A stretch of 61,172 nucleotides of DNA from a virus (taxonomy: Duplodnaviria; Caudoviricetes): positions 1 to 61,172 of the IMG/VR virus record IMGVR_UViG_3300032053_000073. One strand, written 5' to 3'. The translations under genes and the position numbers were made by a program. Positions within the stretch are counted from its first letter, which is position 1. Every line of letters starts with the position of its first letter. Of this stretch, positions 21,815-32,542 are shown piece by piece. The notes beneath the pieces were generated by a model, which was not told the DNA's origin, did no database searches, and saw only the letters and a list, made by a program, of their open reading frames with translations.

Positions 21815-22303
21815 TTAATCTTCCCATTTAATAATTAAATTATATCCTGCGTTTATTATTAACTTTTCACGCGCCAATGTTTTATTATGTAATTCTTTAT
21901 ACGTTGTTTTTGTCATTGGATTAATATCATTTGGATTAAAGCTTTTTGGACAACCATGCCAAAACTTACCATGAAACTCATAAACTGTATTTATTTCTGG
22001 AACATAAGCATCAGCCTTTATATATTTTTTACCAATCTTTATTTTTGCTTGTCTATATTTTTGATCTATATTTAATGAGTCAAGCCATATAGTTTCTGGT
22101 TTAGAAATAATATGGGTGCATTTTGGACAACCTTGACCTTTCAGATGATGATTTGGAGTTTGTTCAAAATCACCATGAATAAGGCACGTTATCGTTACCT
22201 TGGTTTTGTTATTTATATAAATAATTTTTCCGTAACTACATTTATTTAATGGATGAACAGCGTTTGCTTTTTGTATGAAGATGTTTGCTTTAACTGCTTC
22301 CAT
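21815..22303 (-). CDS. Zn-repeat (x1) + Vsr/EDxHD-like endonuclease
   Basis: CxxHG..QTPNHHL..GCPKC then SKPE..ADAY..YEFHGKFWHG. Confidence 0.75.
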   Translation of the reverse strand: MEAVKANIFIQKANAVHPLNKCSYGKIIYINNKTKVTITCLIHGDFEQTPNHHLKGQGCPKCTHIISKPETIWLDSLNIDQKYRQAKIKIGKKYIKADAYVPEINTVYEFHGKFWHGCPKSFNPNDINPMTKTTYKELHNKTLAREKLIINAGYNLIIKWED

Positions 22304-22479
22304 TACTTTGAAACATCTGAAATCATTTTTTTGAATTCGTCAGCTGTCATTTCGGCAGAGTTTACTATTTTTTTAGATTGGTTTATGTGATCTTTAGCTG
22401 AAATAATAATTAAAATTTTACCGGCCTCATCAGACTTCCTTGCTTCTACATAACTTCCATCTTCAAAATCAATTCTCAT
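22303..22479 (-). CDS. 58-aa hypothetical protein (not in ORF track)
   Basis: MRIDFEDGSYVEARK...SDVSK*; fills the gap and overlaps both neighbours. Confidence 0.6.
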   Translation of the reverse strand: MRIDFEDGSYVEARKSDEAGKILIIISAKDHINQSKKIVNSAEMTADEFKKMISDVSK

Positions 22480-22670
22480 TTTATCTTTCTGAATAAAACA
22501 ACAATATATTCTTCATTGTTTTTAACTTTAATAACGCTAGATTCAATGTATCCATTATACATTAATTGATTTTTTAAAAGGAAAGATATTCCATCATACA
22601 AACTATTACATTTGTCAGTTTTTGAATTGCCATCTGGTGCTACAAAAATTGAAAAATATTGTTCTTGCAT
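22476..22670 (-). CDS. hypothetical protein
   Basis: tightly packed ORF. Confidence 0.5.
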   Translation of the reverse strand: MQEQYFSIFVAPDGNSKTDKCNSLYDGISFLLKNQLMYNGYIESSVIKVKNNEEYIVVLFRKIK

Positions 22671-22671
22671 T

Positions 22672-22899
22672 TTATTTCTTTAAGCTAGATTTAATTGGTG
22701 CATCAACAATTTTTTCTTCTTCCAAACCAATTTCATGCATAAAATCATCAGACATAATTATTTCAAATATTTTTCTATCTATTTTTGGAATTAGGGCCAT
22801 AGCTTTATATGCAAACGCTTTTGGAACGATTAAAGAATCAATCGTTAGTGCCATATATTTACGAATAATTATAAGATTATTTATTCTTTCGAAATCCAT
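22672..22899 (-). CDS. hypothetical protein
   Basis: tightly packed ORF. Confidence 0.55.
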   Translation of the reverse strand: MDFERINNLIIIRKYMALTIDSLIVPKAFAYKAMALIPKIDRKIFEIIMSDDFMHEIGLEEEKIVDAPIKSSLKK

Positions 22900-22900
22900 A

Positions 22901-23176
22901 TTAACCCTTTACAAGTCCGCCGCGAATAAAACTACCATCTTCATTCAAAAGATCTACCGATGGACTTAGACCGTATTTCATAAAAAGCTGAAGAACTACG
23001 TATTTATAAGATACTTCTGCAGATTCGTGCTGCGCTAATGCTTTTTCTGCTGTAACTAAAGCCAGCTTCTTATTTGATTTTGCAAGTTCTAAGGCAAAAC
23101 GATCATCATCTGAAATATGTTCAGTTTGCATCTTGGTTGGCATGGTGGCATCGGTATCTAATACTTGTTGTGTCAT
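22901..23176 (-). CDS. hypothetical helical protein
   Basis: AGGAG RBS; TGATATATA motif upstream. Confidence 0.65.
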   Translation of the reverse strand: MTQQVLDTDATMPTKMQTEHISDDDRFALELAKSNKKLALVTAEKALAQHESAEVSYKYVVLQLFMKYGLSPSVDLLNEDGSFIRGGLVKG

Positions 23177-23241
23177 ATAATTTCTCCTGTTTAACGTTGC
23201 ATTGAGTTATATATCATTGAAAAGAAAGCCATACATGTAAA

Positions 23242-23967
23242 ATGAAAAATAAAAAAATATTAGACCAAGAAAAACAATACAAAAAAGAGTACTACGAAGC
23301 GAACAAAGTAATGATTTCTGAAAAGAACAAAAGGTATTATGAGGAAAATAAAGAAGATATCATTAAACTAAATAAGCAATATCGCCATGAACATGCGGAT
23401 CGCATATCTGCACAAAGAAAAATATATCGAGAGATTAATCGGCAGAAGATATCCGACAAAAGGAAAATATATTATCAAGAGAAAAGGCAGGCCATTTTAA
23501 ACAAAAGAAAACAATATAGAAAATATAACAAAGAAAAAATATTAAAACAAAATAATGAATATACAAAATTAAAATTAAAAACAGACCCGGGTTATAAATT
23601 AAGAAAAAATATAAGTAGATCTATTTCTGCCCATCTCAAACGTCAAGGCTTCGCCAAGAACTGCTCTATCATCAATGCCCTGCCGTATACCATAGAAGAG
23701 CTTAGGGGGCACCTAGAAGCCATTTTTGAGCCGTGGATGACTTGGGAGAGCCATGGTACGTACAAAGTCGATTTATGGGACGATTCTAATGAAAAAACTT
23801 GGACATGGCAAATTGACCACATTATCCCACATAGTTATTTTAAGTACTCAACAATGCAAGATGATGATTTCAAAAAATGTTGGGCTTTAAATAATCTAAG
23901 GCCATACTCATCTAAACAAAATATTTTAGATGGGGCAAAAAGAGACGTCAAATATTTCCAGCTTTAA
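23242..23967 (+). CDS. HNH-type endonuclease with Lys/Tyr-rich helical repeats
   Basis: YYExNKExI repeats; WQIDHIIP..CWALNNLRP..N. Confidence 0.75.
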   Translation: MKNKKILDQEKQYKKEYYEANKVMISEKNKRYYEENKEDIIKLNKQYRHEHADRISAQRKIYREINRQKISDKRKIYYQEKRQAILNKRKQYRKYNKEKILKQNNEYTKLKLKTDPGYKLRKNISRSISAHLKRQGFAKNCSIINALPYTIEELRGHLEAIFEPWMTWESHGTYKVDLWDDSNEKTWTWQIDHIIPHSYFKYSTMQDDDFKKCWALNNLRPYSSKQNILDGAKRDVKYFQL

Positions 23968-24916
23968 TTATGTTGTTAGAATCAATGTTTTTATTTAAAT
24001 ATTTAATGTTATTATCTATTAACGCCTTCATAATAATTTTTTTAATTTGTTGAGGCCCATATTTTCCCGCATGATATGGAATAGCGGGAATACAAACAAG
24101 TTTAATCCCCTCTTTTTCGCACATTTGTTTTTTGAATATATCTCTTTCTATATAATCCGCCAAAGATTTTTTGCTCATCTTAAATGAGCCAACTATTTTG
24201 CTATGTTGCTCACCTTGGTATTCTATTCCTACATTTAGCGATTTATTAAACATATCAATTTCAAGATTTCTCATTGTTTTTGGAAATTTTAAGAAATCTG
24301 GCCGAATTTTAATAAACTTTTCACCCGTTAATTCCTCAACAATATATCTAACAATCTTTTCGCGCCTACTTGATGAACAATAAGGACATCCCCTGTGCTG
24401 TTTTAATTTGTCTAAACAGCATTGAAATATATGATTTTGATAACAGCGTATATTTAGTTTGGTCCTAGCGTTCGTATAATTTTTAGATAAACATGTGAAA
24501 CCTATAGATGTACAATAATCTATAACCTCTTTTATCCCTGGTTTCTGTAATCTTAAACAAACCCTACATCCTTTGCCCATTTCTAGATCTCTAAAGTTTT
24601 TTAATATTTGGTGGCCTTTTGGACATATAAATGTCATTTTAGAATAACAATTAATATATGTTGTTTCTAGACATTTCCACCCACTTTTATTACAAAAATC
24701 TAAAATATATTCCATAGTTTTAGGCTTGCGGTTAGAACAATAAACGCACCTTCTTTTGTAATAAAACAAGTTATTAAAACTAATGGCACAATTATGACCA
24801 TTATCGCAAATTAAACTTAATTTGTATTTGCCGCCAGTATATTCTGTGGAAATACAAATATAGTTAATTGATTCGCAATAATCTTTAATGAACCCTATAG
24901 TTATTTCGTTTCTCAT
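23948..24916 (-). CDS. Zn-ribbon repeat (x3) + Vsr-like endonuclease
   Basis: CxxxH..CxxC repeats; LEIDMFN..GIEYQGEQH. Confidence 0.75.
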   Translation of the reverse strand: MRNEITIGFIKDYCESINYICISTEYTGGKYKLSLICDNGHNCAISFNNLFYYKRRCVYCSNRKPKTMEYILDFCNKSGWKCLETTYINCYSKMTFICPKGHQILKNFRDLEMGKGCRVCLRLQKPGIKEVIDYCTSIGFTCLSKNYTNARTKLNIRCYQNHIFQCCLDKLKQHRGCPYCSSSRREKIVRYIVEELTGEKFIKIRPDFLKFPKTMRNLEIDMFNKSLNVGIEYQGEQHSKIVGSFKMSKKSLADYIERDIFKKQMCEKEGIKLVCIPAIPYHAGKYGPQQIKKIIMKALIDNNIKYLNKNIDSNNIIKAGNI

Positions 24917-24919
24917 TCA

Positions 24920-27277
24920 TCATAATATATCGGCAGAAATAGTGGCCAATCGACTTCTTTCGCCCTTAGTAAAAGTAACGTGCCCTGCAATTTGTTGATC
25001 TTTAAATTTTTCGATAACATATGCCAGACCATTATTTGTTGCGTCCAGGTCTTTACTATCAATTTGGTCAATATCACCGGCTAGAATTATTTTTGTTCCT
25101 TCTCCGGCTCTTGTTAAAATTGTTTTTGCGTCTTCTTTAGTAATATTTTGCATTTCGTCGATGAGCATAATAGCGTTTGGAATGCTGCGACCACGAATAT
25201 ATGTTAGGGCCTGCAATTCAATTTTACCCTTCTTTTTAAACATTTCAAAATCACGCAGCCAATTATCTCCATTCGAATTTTGAAATAGAACCTCGAAATT
25301 ATCCATTATAGCCTCAAACCATGGTGATAATTTTTCTTCCATAGTATTATGAGTTAAAATAAATTCGTCAGTTGCATATAGATGATCATCTGATTCAATA
25401 AGAATGCATTTTGTGTCTTTAAACCCAACTGTAGTAATATCAGTTATCATACGGTGCAATTGATGTTTTCTTGGTTTATATCTGCTAATTTTTCTATCCA
25501 ATCTAAACGGGCACATATAATTTGGTAAAGAAACGCTAACCACGTTTGATATTAATTCTTTTTCAATTCCATCATAAATGTACGAACTGTGTTTTTTATT
25601 TATTTTTGCAATTCCGCCTAAAGATTGAACTATAAATTTTACGTCCTGTGCAAGCTGATCAGATGTTGTAGAATAACTAACATCATTACCATCCGATGAA
25701 ACAAATCCGTCCGTATCCATCAATCCTTGTAATAGAGATAATCTATTAACTATAGAATTAATTTTATATTCTTTTGGTATAAATTTGGTTCTTGATTTTG
25801 ATCCAAGTAAACCTAACTTTTTTATTTCTTTGGCAAAAATATTATCCTGCCTATGTTCATTATTTAAATTATTTTTAACAATAAAAGAATAATTACAGCT
25901 GCCATTTACTTTATTTTTTATTTTACATAACATATCTGAAGGAATTAATTTTTTACAATTTTCAGCTATTTGTTCATCTGATGATGTAAAATAAACAGAG
26001 GAGTTTTCAGATAAAGTACCATCCCCCAATAAAATTCCCATGATGTATGGATCAATTACAGTTTCGTTATTTTCAAAGTTGACCGGGTTAATTAATTTAA
26101 TTTTATGATTATTTATTTTAGATTTATATACCTTAAGAGTTTCTTTAATTTCTTTTAAGGATTTTATGCTTCCCATTCCATTTTGTCTTTGTGACTCTTG
26201 TAATGATGTTGTTTCCCATAAATGGTCTTCACAACATTCTGTAAAAGAATTATCTGAAAAATGAACTTTAAAAACTTCCTTTTTGCCCTTTGGAAATATT
26301 TTTAATACTTTTTTAGGATTGCCGTCTGAGCCAATGACATAATCATTTACACTAATATCTCCCATTGTAGTCCAACCATTTGGGGTAAAAATTTTAGCAT
26401 CCAATGGTTGTGGCCCGGGTAAATAGCCTAAATCATTCCCTACCGCCTGAATTGGCCTATAAACAATAAGTTTATCATAATGTTTACTTGTAACTAATTC
26501 TAAAGCGGTTGCCAGAGCTATTATGCTTTTACCAGAACCAGCTTTACCGACCAATGTAACTAATGCCACGCCTGGATCTGAAATTAAATCAATTGCATAC
26601 GCTTGTTCATTATTCCTGGCATTTATATTCCATGGATAAGATTTCTTAATAATTTTTATTTTATTTTTTGATATTTTACGACCCATGGAAACTATGTCGC
26701 CATCTTCATCTAAAAATGTAACGCACTCATTCATTAACATATCTATGCCGGAAGTTTTGGTATCAAGGTGTCCGTTTGCCAATAGTTCCGTTCCAATTTC
26801 TTCATTTACTATCACCCTGCTTCCAGAGTATAATTCAGATATTGATGTTTTATCATATTCGTACGCTTCCGCTTTAATACCCAATGATCTTGCTCTAACA
26901 CGACAGCTTATATCATTGGTTACCAGTGTTACATGACTATTTATATTATAGGCCAATGCGCATGAAATAATTCTCGTATCGCCATATAATGCAGACCCTA
27001 GGCTTTCGGGAATTACATATGACGTGGTATCAATTTTAAGAATAACGCCATTTTCTATTTTTATTCCATCATAGATATTTCCACGCGCACTAATTTCATC
27101 CAATGCACGAATACAGACTCTTGCGCCCATCGATCTTTTATCAGAACCTTTTTTGAGCTTATCTAACTCATCTAACACTGTAATCGGAATAATAACTTGA
27201 TTATTATGAAAATTCTTAAAACAGAACGGATCGTCAATAAGTGTACATGTGTCGAGAATTATAGTTGTGTTGGTCAT
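24920..27277 (-). CDS. phoH: PIN-PhoH (PhoH2-type) protein with intein
   Basis: N-terminal PIN (ILDT..ELDKLK..D..LVTND); GKAGSGKS; GYLPG; YIRGRS; IDEMQN; TRAGEG; GDIDQID. Confidence 0.92.
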   Translation of the reverse strand: MTNTTIILDTCTLIDDPFCFKNFHNNQVIIPITVLDELDKLKKGSDKRSMGARVCIRALDEISARGNIYDGIKIENGVILKIDTTSYVIPESLGSALYGDTRIISCALAYNINSHVTLVTNDISCRVRARSLGIKAEAYEYDKTSISELYSGSRVIVNEEIGTELLANGHLDTKTSGIDMLMNECVTFLDEDGDIVSMGRKISKNKIKIIKKSYPWNINARNNEQAYAIDLISDPGVALVTLVGKAGSGKSIIALATALELVTSKHYDKLIVYRPIQAVGNDLGYLPGPQPLDAKIFTPNGWTTMGDISVNDYVIGSDGNPKKVLKIFPKGKKEVFKVHFSDNSFTECCEDHLWETTSLQESQRQNGMGSIKSLKEIKETLKVYKSKINNHKIKLINPVNFENNETVIDPYIMGILLGDGTLSENSSVYFTSSDEQIAENCKKLIPSDMLCKIKNKVNGSCNYSFIVKNNLNNEHRQDNIFAKEIKKLGLLGSKSRTKFIPKEYKINSIVNRLSLLQGLMDTDGFVSSDGNDVSYSTTSDQLAQDVKFIVQSLGGIAKINKKHSSYIYDGIEKELISNVVSVSLPNYMCPFRLDRKISRYKPRKHQLHRMITDITTVGFKDTKCILIESDDHLYATDEFILTHNTMEEKLSPWFEAIMDNFEVLFQNSNGDNWLRDFEMFKKKGKIELQALTYIRGRSIPNAIMLIDEMQNITKEDAKTILTRAGEGTKIILAGDIDQIDSKDLDATNNGLAYVIEKFKDQQIAGHVTFTKGERSRLATISADIL
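25346..26413 (-). mobile_element. intein in PhoH (356 aa, Pro1, class-3 signature, LAGLIDADG endonuclease)
   Basis: GYLPG|PQPLDAKIFTPNGW...CCEDHLW...ILLGDG...GLMDTDG...TKCILI..ILTHN|TMEEK. Confidence 0.9.
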
Positions 27278-27327
27278 CTGTCCCTAGTTTATATGTTATA
27301 AGCCTTTTGCAATTTAATATTTTATTG

Positions 27328-27699
27328 TTATTCTTCTTCTACATCGCCATCAAAAACGCTCCACCAGTCACAATGCATTTCAAGATATAATTTTTTATTT
27401 GGGTCTAATTCAGATAAGTCCCGTTTTAGGATATAATGACACTTATTCCACTCTCCAACAATTTCATTATCAACATATATTTGCATACGGCCATCAGAAT
27501 AATCAATAATTTTAATATTATATGTATTTAGAATGGACAGTAATTTAATTTTACCGTCTATTGTTAATTGCTCATGTACCCAGGCTTCATCAATAGGTAC
27601 ACCCATAATTTCAAGGATGCTTTTAACGAATTTGGATTTTTCTTCCTCTTCGACCTGCCTTGTATTTTCATTAGAATTAAGTAATAAGGTGCTCTTCAT
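27328..27699 (-). CDS. hypothetical protein
   Basis: ORF. Confidence 0.6.
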   Translation of the reverse strand: MKSTLLLNSNENTRQVEEEEKSKFVKSILEIMGVPIDEAWVHEQLTIDGKIKLLSILNTYNIKIIDYSDGRMQIYVDNEIVGEWNKCHYILKRDLSELDPNKKLYLEMHCDWWSVFDGDVEEE

Positions 27700-27739
27700 C
27701 TTACCACTAAATACATAAAAATGCTATGGGTTACGTATT

Positions 27740-28387
27740 TCAGTTACATTTAGAATATTGACAACTTAAACAAATGCTACACCCACTTTGATAAACGAGT
27801 GTATTTTCAGCATTACAATTTGAACATATTTTATCGGCTGTTGAGGTAGTCCCATCTTTAATGTAAGACTTTAATACTCTTGAAATAACCCTGGAAAAAG
27901 ATGTCATTTCCGAATACTTATCTTTACCCAGCTGTTCCACTACATATTGAAGGGGGATTCCGTGGCGCAATGATAATGACAATAAGCGAGTAAAGCTGCC
28001 ATAATTCTTATTTTCGAATACGTTAGCTATATCTTTAATGGTCATTTCATCATCTGTCTCTCCAACAGACAGATTATACGTAGCAATGCCATCAACCTTA
28101 CCATTTTTTAATATTTTGCCGGATTTATATTTATTTTGAATATCAACATATTTAGACAAGCCTCCAAATATTTCATATGGCTTATTATTTAACATGCCAA
28201 CGAAAATAGTCCATTGCTCACCTTGAACTTTAACCTTTTTGATATCGCAAATTAATTCTTTCGGTCTCTTTGGAGCCGATATGTATTTAATATCATCTGG
28301 CCTTGCTTCTGCAGGCATATTATTTATTTCGTTGGTTTTAACAAGTTTCCAGTTAATAATTTTCTTTTCAATTTTACATGTTACCAT
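27740..28387 (-). CDS. nrdJb: NrdJb-like (TSCPD + Zn ribbon) second part of class II RNR
   Basis: KIEKKI start; KRPKEL; KPYEIF; SLSLRHG; C-terminal CxxC..CxxCxxC..SKC. Confidence 0.75.
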   Translation of the reverse strand: MVTCKIEKKIINWKLVKTNEINNMPAEARPDDIKYISAPKRPKELICDIKKVKVQGEQWTIFVGMLNNKPYEIFGGLSKYVDIQNKYKSGKILKNGKVDGIATYNLSVGETDDEMTIKDIANVFENKNYGSFTRLLSLSLRHGIPLQYVVEQLGKDKYSEMTSFSRVISRVLKSYIKDGTTSTADKICSNCNAENTLVYQSGCSICLSCQYSKCN

Positions 28388-31300
28388 AAATACCCTCTTT
28401 TAGCGCATCAAATAAATTAGCAACATTATGTGTTTCACCATCGTATTCAACTGAGTCCGACCCCTTTAGCACTACCTCAGACCCGCCCTCAAGCGTAAAT
28501 GTATATTCGGAATTATCTAAATCTTTCTTTTGCATCAATACACCGCTAGAGATTTCCGCATTTGGACGATATGTTGTTATACCTTTGAGACCAAGCTTCC
28601 ATCCTTCGAAATATACGCTCTTAAAATCTTCAAATGAATAATCGGCAGGGACATTTATTGTTTTTGAAATTGCACTATCACACCATTTTTGGGCGGCAGA
28701 TTGAACAATTAAATGATCCATAACTGTCAAATCATCTGTGACCCTCCAATATTTAGGAAGCTCTTTATCCCCAAACATCTCTTTCCATAGATAGAATGAA
28801 TAATCACAGACCTCTTCTTGTGTTTTAGTTTTCTTTTGCGGGTCTCTTATATTTCGTAGATAAGAATTAGCAAATACTGGCTCTATTCCATTTGAACAAT
28901 TATTACCCCATGTCAGCGAAAGTGTGCCGGTTGGAGCAATTGATGTTGCATGAGAATATCGTAGTCCGTATGTAAGTATATCGGACATTACCTGTTCTTT
29001 ATCTGGTAGCTCACCCAATAATCGTTTCATATAGCCAGATTGCATAACAAGCTTTCTAGCGCTAACATCGTTAAATATTGGCGCAGGACCCTTTTCTTTG
29101 GCCAATAATATATTTTCCCTTAAACTTGCATCGGCTAATATAAAAGATATTTTATCTGTTAGTTCAACGCTTTCTTTTGAGCCATAACTGATGCCTAACA
29201 TATTAAACACGGATCCAAGCCCGGTAATTCCTAAACCATGACGACGTTTTAGTATGATTTGATCTTGTAGTTCTTTTAATGGTAAATTGTTTAATTCTAC
29301 TACGTTATCTAGAATGCGCGAAGTAATTTTAACGTCATTTGCTAGCTTATCAAAATCAAATGTGGCGTTATTAGAAAAAGGATTGCCAACATAAGAAGGG
29401 AGAATCATGGATCCTAATAGACAAGAACTGCTTGGATTCAAGAATTGCTCACCACAGTTTCTTAAAAAAATTCCATCGTAAGATATTTTATCTGAGTTTA
29501 TTTTTGTTATTACTCCAACAGTATGGTTATCATCTACGGTAATATTATATACAGTTTGTGTTTCATTTAATTCAACAACAGACATTACCTTGTGATTATA
29601 ATTTTCACCGGCCTCTTTTATTTCTGCAAATTTTTTATATCCAAATTTTAATGTTTTTCCAATTCGATATGATAAATTATTTTTTGAGCACTCTTCCGCC
29701 CACTCAACAAATTTCGGGTCACGATTCAATTTAAATTTTAAATCTGAATAAATTTTTGCTTGAGCCGCTTTAAGTTTAATAGAACGGGTTTTATAAAAAT
29801 TACAATTTTTATTTCTATTGTTTTCTATCCAAACGGCATTATTTGCATTATATTTACCTAAACATTTTGATGAGCAAAATGTAGTTTCTCTTGTAGAGCA
29901 ATGTGTATCAAAAATATTATTACAAATTTTACATGTTTTTTCAATATAAACAGTATTATTTTTAATTTTTGCGCTATATCCTTGTTGTAACATGCTTTGG
30001 TAAGATTTTATTGTTCTTGGGTCATTATAAATATGTTCCATGTTTAATTCTAGCGCACAAAGGCATGACAGTTGTTTAACGGTTCCTAAAACATCGGACC
30101 TAAATTTAGAAGTCTGCTGAGGCAATCCATTGTTGTCTGCATAACAACGCCATTCGCTCACAGAAAATCTTCTTCCGAGTGATTTAGTAAGCTTCATAGC
30201 GTGATTTTTAATATCTTCCGAAGTAATTCCAGAATATCGTGGATTTCTTTCGCCGGAATTATCTCGTTTACCATGCATAATAGCATGATCTGAAAAAGTC
30301 ATCACCTCTAAATTATCCGGATTATTGTTAATTGAATTATAATCTTTATGATGAATTACTATTCCACCCGTTTTAGCAAATCCATTTTTTTTTGTTTGGT
30401 CATATAGCGCTTTAAATTGTCCTGGGTAAAAAAACTTATAAATTAACCGGTGTTCATATTCTTGATTTTCACGGTAATTATGTATATTGCAATGAACAGA
30501 TAAATACTTTCTTCCGCCTTTCTTTATAATCTTAGCGTCTTTTTTAAACCTCGGCAAACTATCTCCATATTTAAGATTTTTTGCCTCAATAACAGATCCA
30601 TCTATTAAAATACACTTATGATCAGGGGTTATTTCTACAGCACTTCCATCATCTAAAGTAACTCTGATCATTTTTTTATTTGTGCCAGTTATCCTTGGAT
30701 TCCTGCCAATTTTTATTGATACTTTCCCTTTCTTATCAACTGAATAAACAGGTACGTCTTTACCTTCTTCAGCTAATTGTTTAATTGATACCGCGTTGCG
30801 ACCATCTGCAACGGCAATCATAGTGTCCCCAGAGAAACATGGGTTAGCTGCACGCATAACTTCACAGAACCATAGATTATTTTCGATATTCACCCTATCA
30901 ATTAACATAAATCCCGGTTCCCAAAAATTATATGTTGACTTAATAATCAAATCGAATAAATCTTTTGCTTTAATTGTCTTATAAACTTTCTTAATAAATA
31001 CAGTATCAGTTAAACAGTTTTTGAACTCAACCTCTGCATGATCTTTTGCAAATGAGAAATAATTATATTGTGGATAATTATAAGGTATATCATCTTTTTT
31101 AATAATGCAAACGTCTACATCTTTGGCATTCAAATCACAATTCTTTTCCCAGAACCATAAATCCCAATCTAGATCATCAGCAACGGCTTTCATAAACTTA
31201 TCTGTGACTAAAATCGAGCAATTAAAATATCTTAGAACGCCATCTTGTCTTTTGGCAGTTATAAAGCTTTCAATTTCCGGAGAACATATATCAAGGCAGG

Positions 31301-31823
31301 CCATTTGAGCGCCACGTCGAGAGCCACCAGACATAATGGTTGAGCACATTGAATCAAAAATCTTCATAAAAGAAATAATGCCGGATGTTGCTGATCCTGC
31401 GCCAAATACATGCGCTCCTGCCGGTCTAATAGTGCTGAAATCATAACCAACGCCACAGCCAGATTTTAATGTTAATGCCGCCTCTTTTGCCACCTGCATA
31501 ATTCCTTCAAGAGAGTCCGGGATTTGGCGCATGACCGTACAATTAATTGGTGATGTTTCTTTTTTATACTCGCTTGCACCAATATTTGCCATAATTCTTC
31601 CACCTCCGGCAAACTTAGTTCCCATGACGGACATAAATTGTTTATAATATTTCTCTTGATTTTCAGGTTTTTCCTGGGCGGCTAATGTTAAAGCAACTCG
31701 TTTACATGTGTCCTCTGGAGTTTTATCAATATTATTGCCGTAATTATCTTTCAAACGATATTTACCAGATTCGCCGCCCCAAATTTCAAAAGAAATATTT
31801 TGCTTAAACATAAAAATCTCCAT
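28374..31823 (-). CDS. nrdJ: class II (B12-dependent) ribonucleotide reductase with intein
   Basis: GGRIMAN, INCTV, RRGAQM, NP|C..|CGEQ, IAPTGT, AISKTIN, KGITTYR. Confidence 0.92.
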   Translation of the reverse strand: MEIFMFKQNISFEIWGGESGKYRLKDNYGNNIDKTPEDTCKRVALTLAAQEKPENQEKYYKQFMSVMGTKFAGGGRIMANIGASEYKKETSPINCTVMRQIPDSLEGIMQVAKEAALTLKSGCGVGYDFSTIRPAGAHVFGAGSATSGIISFMKIFDSMCSTIMSGGSRRGAQMACLDICSPEIESFITAKRQDGVLRYFNCSILVTDKFMKAVADDLDWDLWFWEKNCDLNAKDVDVCIIKKDDIPYNYPQYNYFSFAKDHAEVEFKNCLTDTVFIKKVYKTIKAKDLFDLIIKSTYNFWEPGFMLIDRVNIENNLWFCEVMRAANPCFSGDTMIAVADGRNAVSIKQLAEEGKDVPVYSVDKKGKVSIKIGRNPRITGTNKKMIRVTLDDGSAVEITPDHKCILIDGSVIEAKNLKYGDSLPRFKKDAKIIKKGGRKYLSVHCNIHNYRENQEYEHRLIYKFFYPGQFKALYDQTKKNGFAKTGGIVIHHKDYNSINNNPDNLEVMTFSDHAIMHGKRDNSGERNPRYSGITSEDIKNHAMKLTKSLGRRFSVSEWRCYADNNGLPQQTSKFRSDVLGTVKQLSCLCALELNMEHIYNDPRTIKSYQSMLQQGYSAKIKNNTVYIEKTCKICNNIFDTHCSTRETTFCSSKCLGKYNANNAVWIENNRNKNCNFYKTRSIKLKAAQAKIYSDLKFKLNRDPKFVEWAEECSKNNLSYRIGKTLKFGYKKFAEIKEAGENYNHKVMSVVELNETQTVYNITVDDNHTVGVITKINSDKISYDGIFLRNCGEQFLNPSSSCLLGSMILPSYVGNPFSNNATFDFDKLANDVKITSRILDNVVELNNLPLKELQDQIILKRRHGLGITGLGSVFNMLGISYGSKESVELTDKISFILADASLRENILLAKEKGPAPIFNDVSARKLVMQSGYMKRLLGELPDKEQVMSDILTYGLRYSHATSIAPTGTLSLTWGNNCSNGIEPVFANSYLRNIRDPQKKTKTQEEVCDYSFYLWKEMFGDKELPKYWRVTDDLTVMDHLIVQSAAQKWCDSAISKTINVPADYSFEDFKSVYFEGWKLGLKGITTYRPNAEISSGVLMQKKDLDNSEYTFTLEGGSEVVLKGSDSVEYDGETHNVANLFDALKEGIYGNM
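29457..30839 (-). mobile_element. intein in RNR (461 aa) carrying an HNH endonuclease
   Basis: AANP|CFSGDT..TPDH..HHKDYNSINNNPDNL..VYNITVDDNH..FLRN|CGEQ. Confidence 0.9.
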
Positions 31824-31894
31824 TTCCCTTATTAAAACTATACCTTGCGCTAATTAAATTATAATTAAAGTCTATTGTTTACAGCAATTTATTT

Positions 31895-32542
31895 TTATAA
31901 CTTAATTGTTTGTTTAAGTTCTTTCAGAGCATCACGTAAAATATGAACCACTACTGACCTTGTTAAATTAAGTGATTTACATATTTTATTTGTTGATGCT
32001 GGACGCTGCCCACCAAAGCCAAACGCAAGTTCTATTACTTTTCGTTTATTCTCTGGCAAATTACTTATTGCATTTCTAATGAACATTTCCGTATTTTTAT
32101 TTTCATATTCGAGATCTGGCATATGAACATCGTCGATTAACGCAGGTATTACAGTCAATGTAGGTATCGTAGTTTCTTTTCTTGGGTGCGTGGCTCTTGC
32201 ATATTTAAGCGGGAATCTAATAACAGTATGTAAACTTGCGCTTCGAGAAATTTTAGTATCTATGTATTTATGAGCCCAATAAAAGAATATACCTTTTTTT
32301 GGATTATAATTTAGCATTGCTCTCGTTAACGCTTCTAAACCCTCTTGAATTAAATCTTGATAATTATGGAATTGCTTATATTTACTTGTGCGCATCATAA
32401 CTAAATATTTGAAATTATCAACGCAAATATTTTTGTGCAATTCTAGCGCCCTAATATCAGAGCTAGATTTAGTTTTTTTTGCCTGATTATTAAGCTCAAT
32501 AAACTTATCCATTAAGTCTTGCGCCTCTTTTTCATTTAACAT
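31895..32542 (-). CDS. phage sigma-70 family RNA polymerase sigma factor
   Basis: region 2 DLIQEGLEALTRAMLNYNPKKG.F..WA; region 4 LPENKRKVIELAFG..HTH. Confidence 0.85.
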   Translation of the reverse strand: MLNEKEAQDLMDKFIELNNQAKKTKSSSDIRALELHKNICVDNFKYLVMMRTSKYKQFHNYQDLIQEGLEALTRAMLNYNPKKGIFFYWAHKYIDTKISRSASLHTVIRFPLKYARATHPRKETTIPTLTVIPALIDDVHMPDLEYENKNTEMFIRNAISNLPENKRKVIELAFGFGGQRPASTNKICKSLNLTRSVVVHILRDALKELKQTIKL

